57,171 bases of DNA from assembly GCA_001773385.1 (NCBI GenBank), contig MEWJ01000020.1, positions 1 to 57,171 on the forward strand. Direction: 5' to 3'. Positions 27,090-35,402 of the stretch are shown here, one piece after another. A model generated the notes under the pieces. That model saw nothing but the letters and a program-made list of their open reading frames with translations, searched no databases and was not told the origin of the DNA. The translations under genes were made by a program, and so were the position numbers. The stretch's first letter is position 1. Each line of letters opens with the position of its first letter. Source of the DNA: a candidate division WWE3 bacterium RIFOXYD1_FULL_43_17. GTDB lineage: Bacteria > Patescibacteriota > WWE3 > UBA101185 > UBA10185.

Positions 27090-28047
27090 AAGTGACTCCT
27101 GCTAAATTATTTACATACCTTAGGAGCTGATCAACATGCGTAAACTGAACTTTTCCAAAACTACCTACTTTATTTAGATTAAGACTGCTGTACCAATCAG
27201 ACACAGAATTAGAGTTTTCTAGTAGCTGGAGCGCATTTAGTGCCCAGCCGTTTCCTAAAAAATTTAAAACATTGTATAAATTCAGGTAATTATTTATTTC
27301 ATCTTCCTGTAAATTTTTTGTCTCCAGATAACAATCTCCCAATGTAGCAAAGATGACATGGTCAATACGACTTTCCGTTTCTGGCTTAAAAGGCAACTTT
27401 ACATCGTTGTTAAAAGGAGGCACAAAAAATGAGGTACAACTCCTTATTACTACCTTGTCTCCTGATATGTAAAAACCTCCGTATTTTAAGACACTATTTA
27501 ACAAGGGCGTTTTAAAATTACCGCCGGGTGCAAATATGCAAAAGGTCTTATTATTTACTTTGAATGAAATTCCATGAAAAATGCCAAAACCCTGCTTTTG
27601 CAAATCGTACGTAATAAAATTTGATAGTATTTTTCCTGTAGGCCAAATATTACCAATTTCAAATCTAATCAGTAAATGGTAGAAAAAGTTTACTAACATT
27701 TTTCTGGTTTTATAGTTATATTGAAGTTTGAGAGGTATGCCTAAAAATTTCCTAAAATAGTAGACGCAACAATTGTCTACAAGAAACCATCTGTATTTTA
27801 TTTTAAAACTATTAGGAATAATAATTTTATTAGAGACCTCGTAGGTATACTTACTTTGCATTGAATGCGTATTACGAGCAACGTCGTCGTAATTAGCGAT
27901 GCTATCTTTATCGACATCGAAAAAATAAAAACCGTTAATTCGCCCAGATTTTGTGCTCAATTCGAATAGATTTGGTGCAAAAAAGTTCATATATATTTTT
28001 TTGGTACGCCCAAATAATAGAATACGCAAAGTATAACCTAATAGCAA
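27082..28047 (-). CDS. Hypothetical protein with HPr-kinase-like core and degenerate P-loop
   Basis: 321 aa with a TTG start in the track; ATG 27990 (MNFFAPN) is likelier. FHGISFKVNNKTFCIFAPGGNFKTPLLNSVLKYGGFYISGDKVVI aligns by eye with the HprK catalytic segment HG..V.....L..G.SG.GKS..AL.L...G..L..DD.V.I. Confidence 0.35.
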   Translation of the reverse strand: MLLGYTLRILLFGRTKKIYMNFFAPNLFELSTKSGRINGFYFFDVDKDSIANYDDVARNTHSMQSKYTYEVSNKIIIPNSFKIKYRWFLVDNCCVYYFRKFLGIPLKLQYNYKTRKMLVNFFYHLLIRFEIGNIWPTGKILSNFITYDLQKQGFGIFHGISFKVNNKTFCIFAPGGNFKTPLLNSVLKYGGFYISGDKVVIRSCTSFFVPPFNNDVKLPFKPETESRIDHVIFATLGDCYLETKNLQEDEINNYLNLYNVLNFLGNGWALNALQLLENSNSVSDWYSSLNLNKVGSFGKVQFTHVDQLLRYVNNLAGVTYE

Positions 28048-28113
28048 ACAAATATGGCTATATTGTCAGCTAGACAAAATTATCCTGATTACGTAACCAG
28101 TTAGCTGTTGTAA

Positions 28114-29103
28114 TTATTTTTTTGAAAAGACGTCGAGCACGAACTTAGAAAACAACAGCTTTATTAAATACAAGATCTTCTTAAGGAACACCCCAATGCT
28201 ATTTAAAATCGAATAGTCCTGCTTGTACCTGTTAAGAAAAGAAAGCACTTCTTCCGGCTTTATTACGGAAATGCTAACAGCGTTATTCTGTCTACGGGGA
28301 TCCTTAGATACCACAAAGCATAGAAAGTCTGAGTCTGAGTACGCCACTACACTGCAGCCACACTTTTCAATCAACAGTTTTAAAGTATGTGCCGAAAAAT
28401 TTTGCAAATGTTCGTAATACAAGAAATTAGTAAGACTGAACCCTCCGGATGGTTTAAGTATGTTAGGAACCTCAATATAAAAAAGGCCGTTCTCGCCTAA
28501 TAATTTAATCGCCTTATTAATAAAAACTACCGGGTCCGCCACATGTTCTAATACGTGGCTACAAATAATAACATCATATTTAACACCCCTGTCACTAAAC
28601 GCTTCCAGGCTAGTATTGATAATATCAATACCGAACATCTTTTTTCCAAGTGACGATGCCTCTTTTGAAGGTTCCAGTCCGTATACGTCACACTTATAAA
28701 GCTCTCTCAATACGTATAAATTTTCACCATACCCACATCCAATATCTATAACTCTCTTGCCGAAAATGTCGATATTAAGTTTGGAAAGTATCTTATTAAT
28801 ATGCGCTCTTCCAAGACTGCGAAACATCGACCTGCTAACAAATCTACTTCTTGCAGAAAGGTTTGGAGATTTCTTGAAGTACCCGTCTTTCATATAGTAG
28901 TTCTCTAAATAGTTATTACCTCTTGGTATGAAAACAAGACCGCATTTGTTACACAAATAATTGTGGGTGCTGCAAAATTTAGGAAATAATTGAGAAAAAT
29001 CCGATTCGTTTCCGCATAAGAAACAGGTGGGGTTTTTAAAACTTTTCACGCTCGTGTACCTCCTTGAACTGTCTGCAAGTAGCGCGCACCCACCCATCTT
29101 CAA
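28114..29103 (-). CDS. SAM-dependent methyltransferase with N-terminal four-Cys zinc ribbon
   Basis: 329 aa. CFLCGN...CNKCGLVF ribbon, then VIDIGCGYGENL and YDVIICSHVLEHV. The track start overlaps the upstream gene by 68 nt; GTG 29049 is an alternative. Confidence 0.75.
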   Translation of the reverse strand: MKMGGCALLADSSRRYTSVKSFKNPTCFLCGNESDFSQLFPKFCSTHNYLCNKCGLVFIPRGNNYLENYYMKDGYFKKSPNLSARSRFVSRSMFRSLGRAHINKILSKLNIDIFGKRVIDIGCGYGENLYVLRELYKCDVYGLEPSKEASSLGKKMFGIDIINTSLEAFSDRGVKYDVIICSHVLEHVADPVVFINKAIKLLGENGLFYIEVPNILKPSGGFSLTNFLYYEHLQNFSAHTLKLLIEKCGCSVVAYSDSDFLCFVVSKDPRRQNNAVSISVIKPEEVLSFLNRYKQDYSILNSIGVFLKKILYLIKLLFSKFVLDVFSKK

Positions 29104-30073
29104 ACCAGTTGCTAAGAAAATTTTGATTGTCTAACAGCCTATCAATGCTGTCTAAATACTTATTATAAGTTTCCTCGTCAATTGAATTTAAAAAACTGAT
29201 CAAGCCTTCTAGGCTTTTAAATTTCCGATAATCAATGAAGCAGGTGGACGGAATAAAATTCTCTACGTTAGTAGCACCATAATATATTGGAACACAACGT
29301 GCCTTGAGGCAATCGAATATCTTCTCACTGATGTAGCCATCCAAATCCGTCGAATTTTCAAAGCACAGACAAAACTTAAATTTTGATAACAAATCGAGCT
29401 TATCATGCACTTCTCCCCTGTAACACTTGTATATCTTAAAACCAAAAATAGACTCTTTTAGCGAATATTTCTTTACTTTGTTCCATCCTTTACCCCAAAG
29501 TTCAAAAAGATTTAAAAGGTTTTTTTCAAAATAATCTATTGCACGAATTCTTTCAGAATATATTTCTTTTCCCATAGTAGATAATAAGGTAAAAGGCAAG
29601 AAAGGAAGTTTGTTTCCGTTGATAACACACAAAAACTTTTTATCGGAAAACGCATGTTCTTCTATTTGCTCGACCAAATCGGCTTGCTGGGTGTAAAACT
29701 TGAAATATCTCCTGTTGTCTACGAGTGAATCATCCCATGTAAAAACCGCATCAAAAAAACGGTGGAATATTTTGAAGTAGTTAAATGGGTTAATAATTGG
29801 AGGCTCATATAGATAGAGAATTTTTTTCACTTTAGAAAATATTAATTTTATGAAAAGCATTGGCTCTGTATAGGGAATGTCATGAATAACTATCAAATCG
29901 GTATTTTTTGCGGTACCAACGTCAAGCGTACTTAGCGATACTCCTTCTTTTATTAAGTACTCTCTTAGCTTGGCAAAACACGATAAATTGGGATCAATTG
30001 TTACATTAAACAAACCGTTATTTTTAAGTCGTTTGTCGTTAGACTTGTATATTAGAATATTTTTTATCGGCAC
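29036..30073 (-). CDS. GT10-like glycosyltransferase (alpha-1,3/4-fucosyltransferase family motif)
   Basis: 345 aa. FCLCFENSTDLDGYISEKIFDCLKARCVPIYYG matches the conserved GT10 motif F.L.FENS....Y.TEK.......VP.Y.G. Confidence 0.65.
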   Translation of the reverse strand: MPIKNILIYKSNDKRLKNNGLFNVTIDPNLSCFAKLREYLIKEGVSLSTLDVGTAKNTDLIVIHDIPYTEPMLFIKLIFSKVKKILYLYEPPIINPFNYFKIFHRFFDAVFTWDDSLVDNRRYFKFYTQQADLVEQIEEHAFSDKKFLCVINGNKLPFLPFTLLSTMGKEIYSERIRAIDYFEKNLLNLFELWGKGWNKVKKYSLKESIFGFKIYKCYRGEVHDKLDLLSKFKFCLCFENSTDLDGYISEKIFDCLKARCVPIYYGATNVENFIPSTCFIDYRKFKSLEGLISFLNSIDEETYNKYLDSIDRLLDNQNFLSNWFEDGWVRATCRQFKEVHEREKF

Positions 30074-30954
30074 TATTTTTTAACCCCGGAAACCAAGTAA
30101 AGAGCGGTGGTATATTTGTTACGTTGTAAATACATGTATATTCTACGCAAAATTTTATTCTTAAGTTTTTTACTCGTCGGGGGGATGACAAACGGAGTCA
30201 CTTTAATTTCTGAAAACCCAGAGTTTGCGTGCAGATTTCTTAAGAATTTTGGTGTAAAACTCAGCTCGTAACCAAAAAACTTATTCAAAACAACACTTTT
30301 AAGCAACTTCAAATGAACATACTCAAATATCTTCTTAAGAATTGGTAAAGACGGTATGTTTCTGAAAGAATTTAGAATCCACCAGAATGTGAAAGCCGGA
30401 ACAGTATTTAAAGATACTCCACCACGCTTTAGAATCCTATAAGATTCCCGGACAACCTCACCTGTGTCGGGTAGGTGTTCTATAACTCCTCCCCCGTATA
30501 TGAAATCCACTGTGTTGCTTAATAATGGTATGCTGCGGATATCACCGTGTATAAGAATATAGTTTTTTACACCATTTGAATCAAAGTATTCCTTAAGGAC
30601 CTGTAACATTGGGTAATTTATATCTATACCTACAAAGCTGCATTTATACTTGCTAACTATGTGATTACCTACAAATGACGGACCGCAGCCTATCTCCAAA
30701 TACACAGTGTCAGCAGAAAACTTATATGCTTGATCAAGGTAAAACATGTGCGATTGGAGTTTTTCTTCTTCAAATTCTTTAAGACTATTAGTTAAGTCGG
30801 AAAATGAATAGTTATAAATACTGCCCCATACTTTCACCGAGTCTCTACTTTTCATGTCATCAACGTTATCAACATTTAATAAGTGGTATATTCCGTCTTT
30901 TCCAAGCACTGTTTTAGAGAAATCGATTATTTTAGTTAAGTCAGATATCGTCAT
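30073..30954 (-). CDS. Class I SAM-dependent methyltransferase
   Basis: 293 aa. YLEIGCGPSFVG, VDFIYGGGVIEHL and LKRGGVSLNTVP. Confidence 0.7.
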   Translation of the reverse strand: MTISDLTKIIDFSKTVLGKDGIYHLLNVDNVDDMKSRDSVKVWGSIYNYSFSDLTNSLKEFEEEKLQSHMFYLDQAYKFSADTVYLEIGCGPSFVGNHIVSKYKCSFVGIDINYPMLQVLKEYFDSNGVKNYILIHGDIRSIPLLSNTVDFIYGGGVIEHLPDTGEVVRESYRILKRGGVSLNTVPAFTFWWILNSFRNIPSLPILKKIFEYVHLKLLKSVVLNKFFGYELSFTPKFLRNLHANSGFSEIKVTPFVIPPTSKKLKNKILRRIYMYLQRNKYTTALYLVSGVKK

Positions 30955-32084
30955 AAGTTCAGTTCCGCAAAAATTGTGTTGTAGTCAAATGACTTTGAGA
31001 ATTCAACACAGTTATTTCTATAATCCGAGTTTATTGCGGCACTCATAAGAAAAAGTAGCTCCTTCACAAAATCTTTGTAATTTATAATTACACCGCACCT
31101 TCGTTCAGAGATAATTTGGGCATTCCAAGGTACATCCGTTACTAGCACCGGTACACCGCAGGCAATATACTTCTTTAGCTTCCCTGGATCTGCATAATAA
31201 GTCCAAGTATCGAGCTCTCTAATATAAGGAGCTATGGCGACACACGATTTTGCGATTTCATTCTCAAGGTCAACGTCGTTCTCTATCTTCCCTGTGAAAG
31301 TGCAATACTCAAACACATTTAATTTCTTAGCCAGATTGACAAGCTCTTGCTTGTAACTACCATCTCCTATTATCTTAAAATTAAAATTTGGGATAGCATT
31401 ACGCAGTTTCGAAATCATGCTAATCACATACTGAACACCTTGCTTTTCAAGTAGATGCCCCATGAACACTAACGTGTATTTTTCACAATCACCGTAGTTG
31501 AACCTTGTAATCCTCTCAGCCCAAACCCCATACGGTACTACTTTATGGCTCTTGTACTCGCTTTCATGAATACCTAGATACGCTTCTCGCGCCTGAGCCA
31601 TTCTTGGCGACAAATCCCACATTTCATCGGCATTTTTGTAGCCTATTTTATTTACAAAATGATAGAAATAATTTTTAAAGATACTTTTGAATCTGCTTTT
31701 AGGCACAAAATCTACGGCCCAGTAGACGGTTCGGTCTACTTTATGTAACAGTCTAAAAAATAGACAAAAAATATTGCACAAGCCATCCATAGATATTGAA
31801 ACTGTCCAACTAGTTTTAGATTTAATCACCCAATAAGCTGTAAATATAAATTCTTTAACGTATAAGAAAAATTCCGGAAACTTGCTGTAATCACGAGAGC
31901 TGTACTCCTGGTATAAAACTCCTAATTTATACCACCTACAAGAACTTGTCCTTGTGGGAGCATCAGAAAAATCGTGAATGATGTGCATCACGTTATCAAA
32001 CTTTTCCCTGTTTAAGTAAATTACTAAGTCGTCGTCTGGTTGTGTCAAAAACTTATGAGCTACTATTAATATATTTTTTGCCAT
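30951..32084 (-). CDS. GT-B (GT4-like) glycosyltransferase, divergent N-terminal half
   Basis: 377 aa. VFMGHLLEKQGVQYVI, FKIIGDGSYKQEL and KKYIACGVPVLVTDV. Confidence 0.6.
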   Translation of the reverse strand: MAKNILIVAHKFLTQPDDDLVIYLNREKFDNVMHIIHDFSDAPTRTSSCRWYKLGVLYQEYSSRDYSKFPEFFLYVKEFIFTAYWVIKSKTSWTVSISMDGLCNIFCLFFRLLHKVDRTVYWAVDFVPKSRFKSIFKNYFYHFVNKIGYKNADEMWDLSPRMAQAREAYLGIHESEYKSHKVVPYGVWAERITRFNYGDCEKYTLVFMGHLLEKQGVQYVISMISKLRNAIPNFNFKIIGDGSYKQELVNLAKKLNVFEYCTFTGKIENDVDLENEIAKSCVAIAPYIRELDTWTYYADPGKLKKYIACGVPVLVTDVPWNAQIISERRCGVIINYKDFVKELLFLMSAAINSDYRNNCVEFSKSFDYNTIFAELNL

Positions 32085-32135
32085 ACCAAAAAGTTACCTA
32101 TTAGTGCAATAAACAAAATTAACACATCCAAAAAC

Positions 32136-32966
32136 CTATATAATTTTACGGTTTCTCAGAAAATTGAACAATCTAACTCTAGTTGAAGAATTCATCAGGT
32201 GCATAGATAAAAACTGTAAAATATTATAAACAACATCAACCGGACCTACACTGTAGCCCAACTTAGCTACCGCGTTCAGCCGCATCTTAAAAGTAAGCAG
32301 CTCTACCCTCCTTAAACTTTTGTTGCTCGTAGAATTCAAAAAAACTCTATATTTCAATAATCCCTTAGGTATGGACTTAAAATCATATTTCATCCCTAAT
32401 CTAAACCACATGTCTACATCTTCAGAAGGCGATTTAGTCTTGTCATAGTCCCCAACCTCTTTTATACACGCTGCTCTAATCAATACTGTCGGGTGAGCAA
32501 ACGGGCTGTATCTAAAAATTACTCTTTTTAGTGATTTTGAATCTGTGGGGTAGTGCCTATAGCCAATAACAACGCCGCTCTCATTAATAAGTTGAATGTC
32601 ATTTCCAACAACCGCCACTTGAGGATTTTCGCTCATAACTTTGGCCTGCATTTCCAGCCTTTCCGGGAGAGCAATGTCGTCAGCATCCATACGCGCTATA
32701 AACGTACCTTTCGCAACAGATATTCCTCTATTCAAAGAGCCGGCGATATTTAAGTTATTTTCGTTAACTAAGACTACAATCCTGCTATCTTTTTCTGCAT
32801 AAGATTTTATTATGTTGCCTGTGGAGTCCGTTGAGGCATCGTTTACTATGATCAATTCAAAATCTTTTAGAGTTTGATTCAAAATACTATCAATCGCCTC
32901 ACCGATATACTTTTCAGCATTATAAGCGGGCATTATTACAGAAATTAACGGTGCTTTGTCTGTCAT
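32136..32966 (-). CDS. GT2-family glycosyltransferase
   Basis: 276 aa. ISVIMPAYNAEKYIGEAIDSILNQT, IVNDASTDST and MDADDIALPERL. Confidence 0.8.
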   Translation of the reverse strand: MTDKAPLISVIMPAYNAEKYIGEAIDSILNQTLKDFELIIVNDASTDSTGNIIKSYAEKDSRIVVLVNENNLNIAGSLNRGISVAKGTFIARMDADDIALPERLEMQAKVMSENPQVAVVGNDIQLINESGVVIGYRHYPTDSKSLKRVIFRYSPFAHPTVLIRAACIKEVGDYDKTKSPSEDVDMWFRLGMKYDFKSIPKGLLKYRVFLNSTSNKSLRRVELLTFKMRLNAVAKLGYSVGPVDVVYNILQFLSMHLMNSSTRVRLFNFLRNRKII

Positions 32967-33006
32967 AATAGTGTCCGGTTTATTTTACCACCGGAAAAAG
33001 AAATCA

Positions 33007-34068
33007 TTACTGCCCCCATCCATCCCTACTCAACTCCGCTGCATTAAAAAGTCCTCCAACGACCCTGCCCCACCCATACACCCACAACGTAATCCAACAA
33101 GCTACAGGATGAAAAAACCACGCAACATCATTCTTTTTTAAAAACCCGGCAAAACTCTGCACCACCACCGGCACAATCAAAACAGTAAACACCACAAACT
33201 TCACCATCCCCCACGGCTTCTTTCCACCCAAATCCAAATCGCCCCATCCGAACTCCCTGTCGCGACTTTTCAAATGAAACAGATAGTCTTTCACACGCCT
33301 TCTCTGTTTTCTCGCAAACTTTCCCACGTCACTTCCGCAAAAAGTATGGATAATTCCATTTTTAACTTTAATAAACTTCACGGAACCTTTTTCCTTAATT
33401 TCCTTAGCCAATATATCTATGTCGAACAAGTAATCGCCTTTAACCCTGCTTTTTAAAAATTCTGTTCTGAACACAGTTCCGTTTGCGCCGATTGTAGGTA
33501 CTCCTCTTTTGTCCAAACCCAGCAACAAATAATCTCCGAAATCTTTCTCATCGTGTTCAACCCCGGTCCATTTACCGGTTAACAAATTAACTCTGTCGTA
33601 ATTACCCAAAAACATCACAAGCGGATCGTTCATTCCGATTAGAGCGCAGTATCTGTCTATAAATCCGTCTTCTTTTCTCCAAACATATTTCCAGGGTTCG
33701 CTGCCCGCAGCTTCAGTATGTTTCAACAAAGGTCCCACCATCTGCCACAACCAACCACTATCGGGCAAAATATTATCCGAGTCAATAAGCGCAACAAATT
33801 CTCCGTGCGCAACACTTAGAGCAACGGCCTTTCCGGCCTCTCCCGTTTTTAATTTATTCTCAACAACAACTGCCTCATACTTTTTTGCAATTTCTAACGT
33901 TCCGTCTGTAGAGCCACCGTCAGCTACAATAATTTCAATTTTTTCTTTGGGATAGTTTTGCATTTTCACTGATTCCAGACAGTTTTTTAAAACTGAAGAT
34001 GCATTTAGAGTCGGTATTAATATGGATATTGTGGGGGTTCCGGACGTTTCTTCAGACTTGATTTCCAT
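33007..34068 (-). CDS. GT2-family glycosyltransferase with C-terminal helices
   Basis: 353 aa. ISILIPTLNAS, VADGGSTDGT and IDSDNILP. Hydrophobic C-terminus. Confidence 0.8.
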   Translation of the reverse strand: MEIKSEETSGTPTISILIPTLNASSVLKNCLESVKMQNYPKEKIEIIVADGGSTDGTLEIAKKYEAVVVENKLKTGEAGKAVALSVAHGEFVALIDSDNILPDSGWLWQMVGPLLKHTEAAGSEPWKYVWRKEDGFIDRYCALIGMNDPLVMFLGNYDRVNLLTGKWTGVEHDEKDFGDYLLLGLDKRGVPTIGANGTVFRTEFLKSRVKGDYLFDIDILAKEIKEKGSVKFIKVKNGIIHTFCGSDVGKFARKQRRRVKDYLFHLKSRDREFGWGDLDLGGKKPWGMVKFVVFTVLIVPVVVQSFAGFLKKNDVAWFFHPVACWITLWVYGWGRVVGGLFNAAELSRDGWGQ

Positions 34069-34072
34069 TTTT

Positions 34073-34732
34073 TTATTGTACTACAACGGTGGGCTTTTCA
34101 GCCTTTGCCACAAGAGTTTGGCTTAAAAAGGAAATAAAGTGGGGCGGTTGGGCAATTCTGTATTTAACCGTCACCGGATGGTAAAGACCTAACCAAAAAC
34201 CTTTTACCTGAGCTTTGGAAAATCCGGATTTACTAAAAAGCGTTTCGATAGACCGCTTTGTGTACTCCCTTAAATGAATACAGTCACCGAGAAGTTCATC
34301 TTTTCCAAGTAACATGGGAAACTCCGGAAATTTTCCGGTAGCCAAAGTCCGCAGCCATCTTCCTATCCTGAATAAATTGGGCGTAAAGACGTAGGCTGTA
34401 CCCCCGGGCTTTAATACGCGGTACATTTCGTTTACAAAGGTTAGGTCGTCCTCAACATGTTCCAGCACGTCAAAATTTATAACAATGTCAAAGGAGTTAT
34501 CAGGAAAACTTAAATTGTCCTTTTTCGTAATGTTAAAAGAAAATGAATTTTTGTTTCCGGGCTTTCTTCCGTCAATGATGTCGCAGGCCGAAACCTTTGC
34601 TCCGCGTTTTACCAACTCCGAAGTGGTATCTCCGCTGCCGCATCCTATATCTAAAACATTTTTGTTCTTGAAATCTATTTTGTCTAAAAATTTGAGAAAA
34701 TCCAGATAGTAGTAATCGGTCTTCATTTCCAT
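34073..34732 (-). CDS. Class I SAM-dependent methyltransferase
   Basis: 219 aa. VLDIGCGSGDTT, FDIVINFDVLEHV and LKPGGTAYVFTPN. First gene of the 34732-to-19794 minus-strand run. Confidence 0.8.
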   Translation of the reverse strand: MEMKTDYYYLDFLKFLDKIDFKNKNVLDIGCGSGDTTSELVKRGAKVSACDIIDGRKPGNKNSFSFNITKKDNLSFPDNSFDIVINFDVLEHVEDDLTFVNEMYRVLKPGGTAYVFTPNLFRIGRWLRTLATGKFPEFPMLLGKDELLGDCIHLREYTKRSIETLFSKSGFSKAQVKGFWLGLYHPVTVKYRIAQPPHFISFLSQTLVAKAEKPTVVVQ

Positions 34733-34738
34733 TTTTCC

Positions 34739-34744
34739 ATTGTA
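34739..34744 (-). promoter_or_regulatory. -10-like hexamer 6 nt upstream of ATG 34732
   Basis: The minus strand reads TACAAT then GGAAAA then ATG. The -35 is poor. Overlaps the plus-strand -35 of the island promoter. Confidence 0.25.
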
Positions 34745-34769
34745 CTACCGTACCCGCTTTTGCTATACT
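34740..34769 (+). promoter_or_regulatory. Sigma70-like promoter for the first island unit
   Basis: TTGTAC (34740-34745), 18-nt spacer, TATACT (34764-34769). Gives a ~28-nt leader to ATG 34804. Confidence 0.3.
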
Positions 34770-34803
34770 ACAGGCATAAAAATCGGAATGAAAGGGAGGG
34801 CGA

Positions 34804-35049
34804 ATGTACGATTTTTTCTTCTTTACGTTAGAGGCATTTTGTATAGCACTGGAACGACTGCGCAAGAGCGACCGGAGTTGGTACCACTGCTCCGAAAAGC
34901 TCATTATCAGCTTTCACGAGGGCTGTGACGCCGATTTCCTGATAGGCGAGCTTGCATTATCGGGAGTATCGGGTTGCTCTTACAGACTTGAACGTCCGGA
35001 CAGGAAGAAGGGAGGAACTGAATTCAAGGGTCACGTACGGATCGAGTAA
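34804..35049 (+). CDS. Hypothetical 81-aa protein (island ORF A); the region could instead be a non-coding leader
   Basis: ATG preceded by AAGGGAGGG 3 nt upstream. No recognisable motif. Overlaps the upstream TTG-start extension (34952..35098) of the 35099 reading frame. Confidence 0.3.
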   Translation: MYDFFFFTLEAFCIALERLRKSDRSWYHCSEKLIISFHEGCDADFLIGELALSGVSGCSYRLERPDRKKGGTEFKGHVRIE

Positions 35050-35098
35050 TGCATCTCCTTTTTCAGGCACTTTACTGCACAGAAAGGCAAGGGAGGAA

Positions 35099-35320
35099 AT
35101 GTATTTATATTTTGGTTCGCCCGATGATTTGCGCAGAGCAATGAAAGTCGGGGAAAAGGTGCACGTGTTTGAAAGTCAGCACTACACCGTAGACGCGGAA
35201 AAAAACCGGATAACTTTTGACTGTGATTATCCGGAAAAAGTCCGCGCCTTTATAGCAGCTCTGAAGCACGTTAACTCCTGCCCTGACAGGCAGCCCATCT
35301 GCTTTAACCCGGCTCACTAG
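35099..35320 (+). CDS. Hypothetical 73-aa protein (island ORF B)
   Basis: Internal ATG of ORF 34952..35320, directly preceded by AAGGGAGGAA. Followed by strong terminator 35345..35381. No recognisable motif. Confidence 0.45.
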   Translation: MYLYFGSPDDLRRAMKVGEKVHVFESQHYTVDAEKNRITFDCDYPEKVRAFIAALKHVNSCPDRQPICFNPAH

Positions 35321-35344
35321 TAATATTTTATTAATTGAGCGTAA

Positions 35345-35381
35345 GCCCGTTGTTTTTACCAAAATACAACGGGCCTTTTTT
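35345..35381 (+). terminator. Rho-independent terminator ending the first island transcription unit
   Basis: GCCCGTTGT (35345-35353) pairs with ACAACGGGC (35366-35374), followed by CTTTTTT. Confidence 0.7.
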
Positions 35382-35402
35382 GTCCGCACGGATCCGTATG
35401 AT

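Noticed and set aside
28058-28072. TTGTC-N5-GACAA inverted repeat upstream of the HprK-like gene as a possible operator
   Set aside because: The arms are only 5 bp in an AT-rich spacer, so the match is not distinguishable from chance without conservation data.
34884-34889. CCACTG, resembling part of the cobalamin-riboswitch core near a B12-dependent enzyme
   Set aside because: The remaining conserved B12-box and GGUG...AAUCC elements are not present. The element is on the opposite strand from the radical SAM gene and ~1.9 kb downstream of its stop.
35032-35040. CACGTACGG (with GATCCGTATG at 35391-35400), reminiscent of the two halves of a group II intron domain V
   Set aside because: The halves are ~350 nt apart rather than forming a ~34-nt hairpin. 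No reverse-transcriptase or maturase ORF is present, and no other intron domains are evident.
34952-35098. TTG-start N-terminal extension that would make ORF B 122 aa
   Set aside because: The start is a TTG without an SD. The internal ATG 35099 is directly preceded by AAGGGAGGAA. The extension also overlaps ORF A in another frame.
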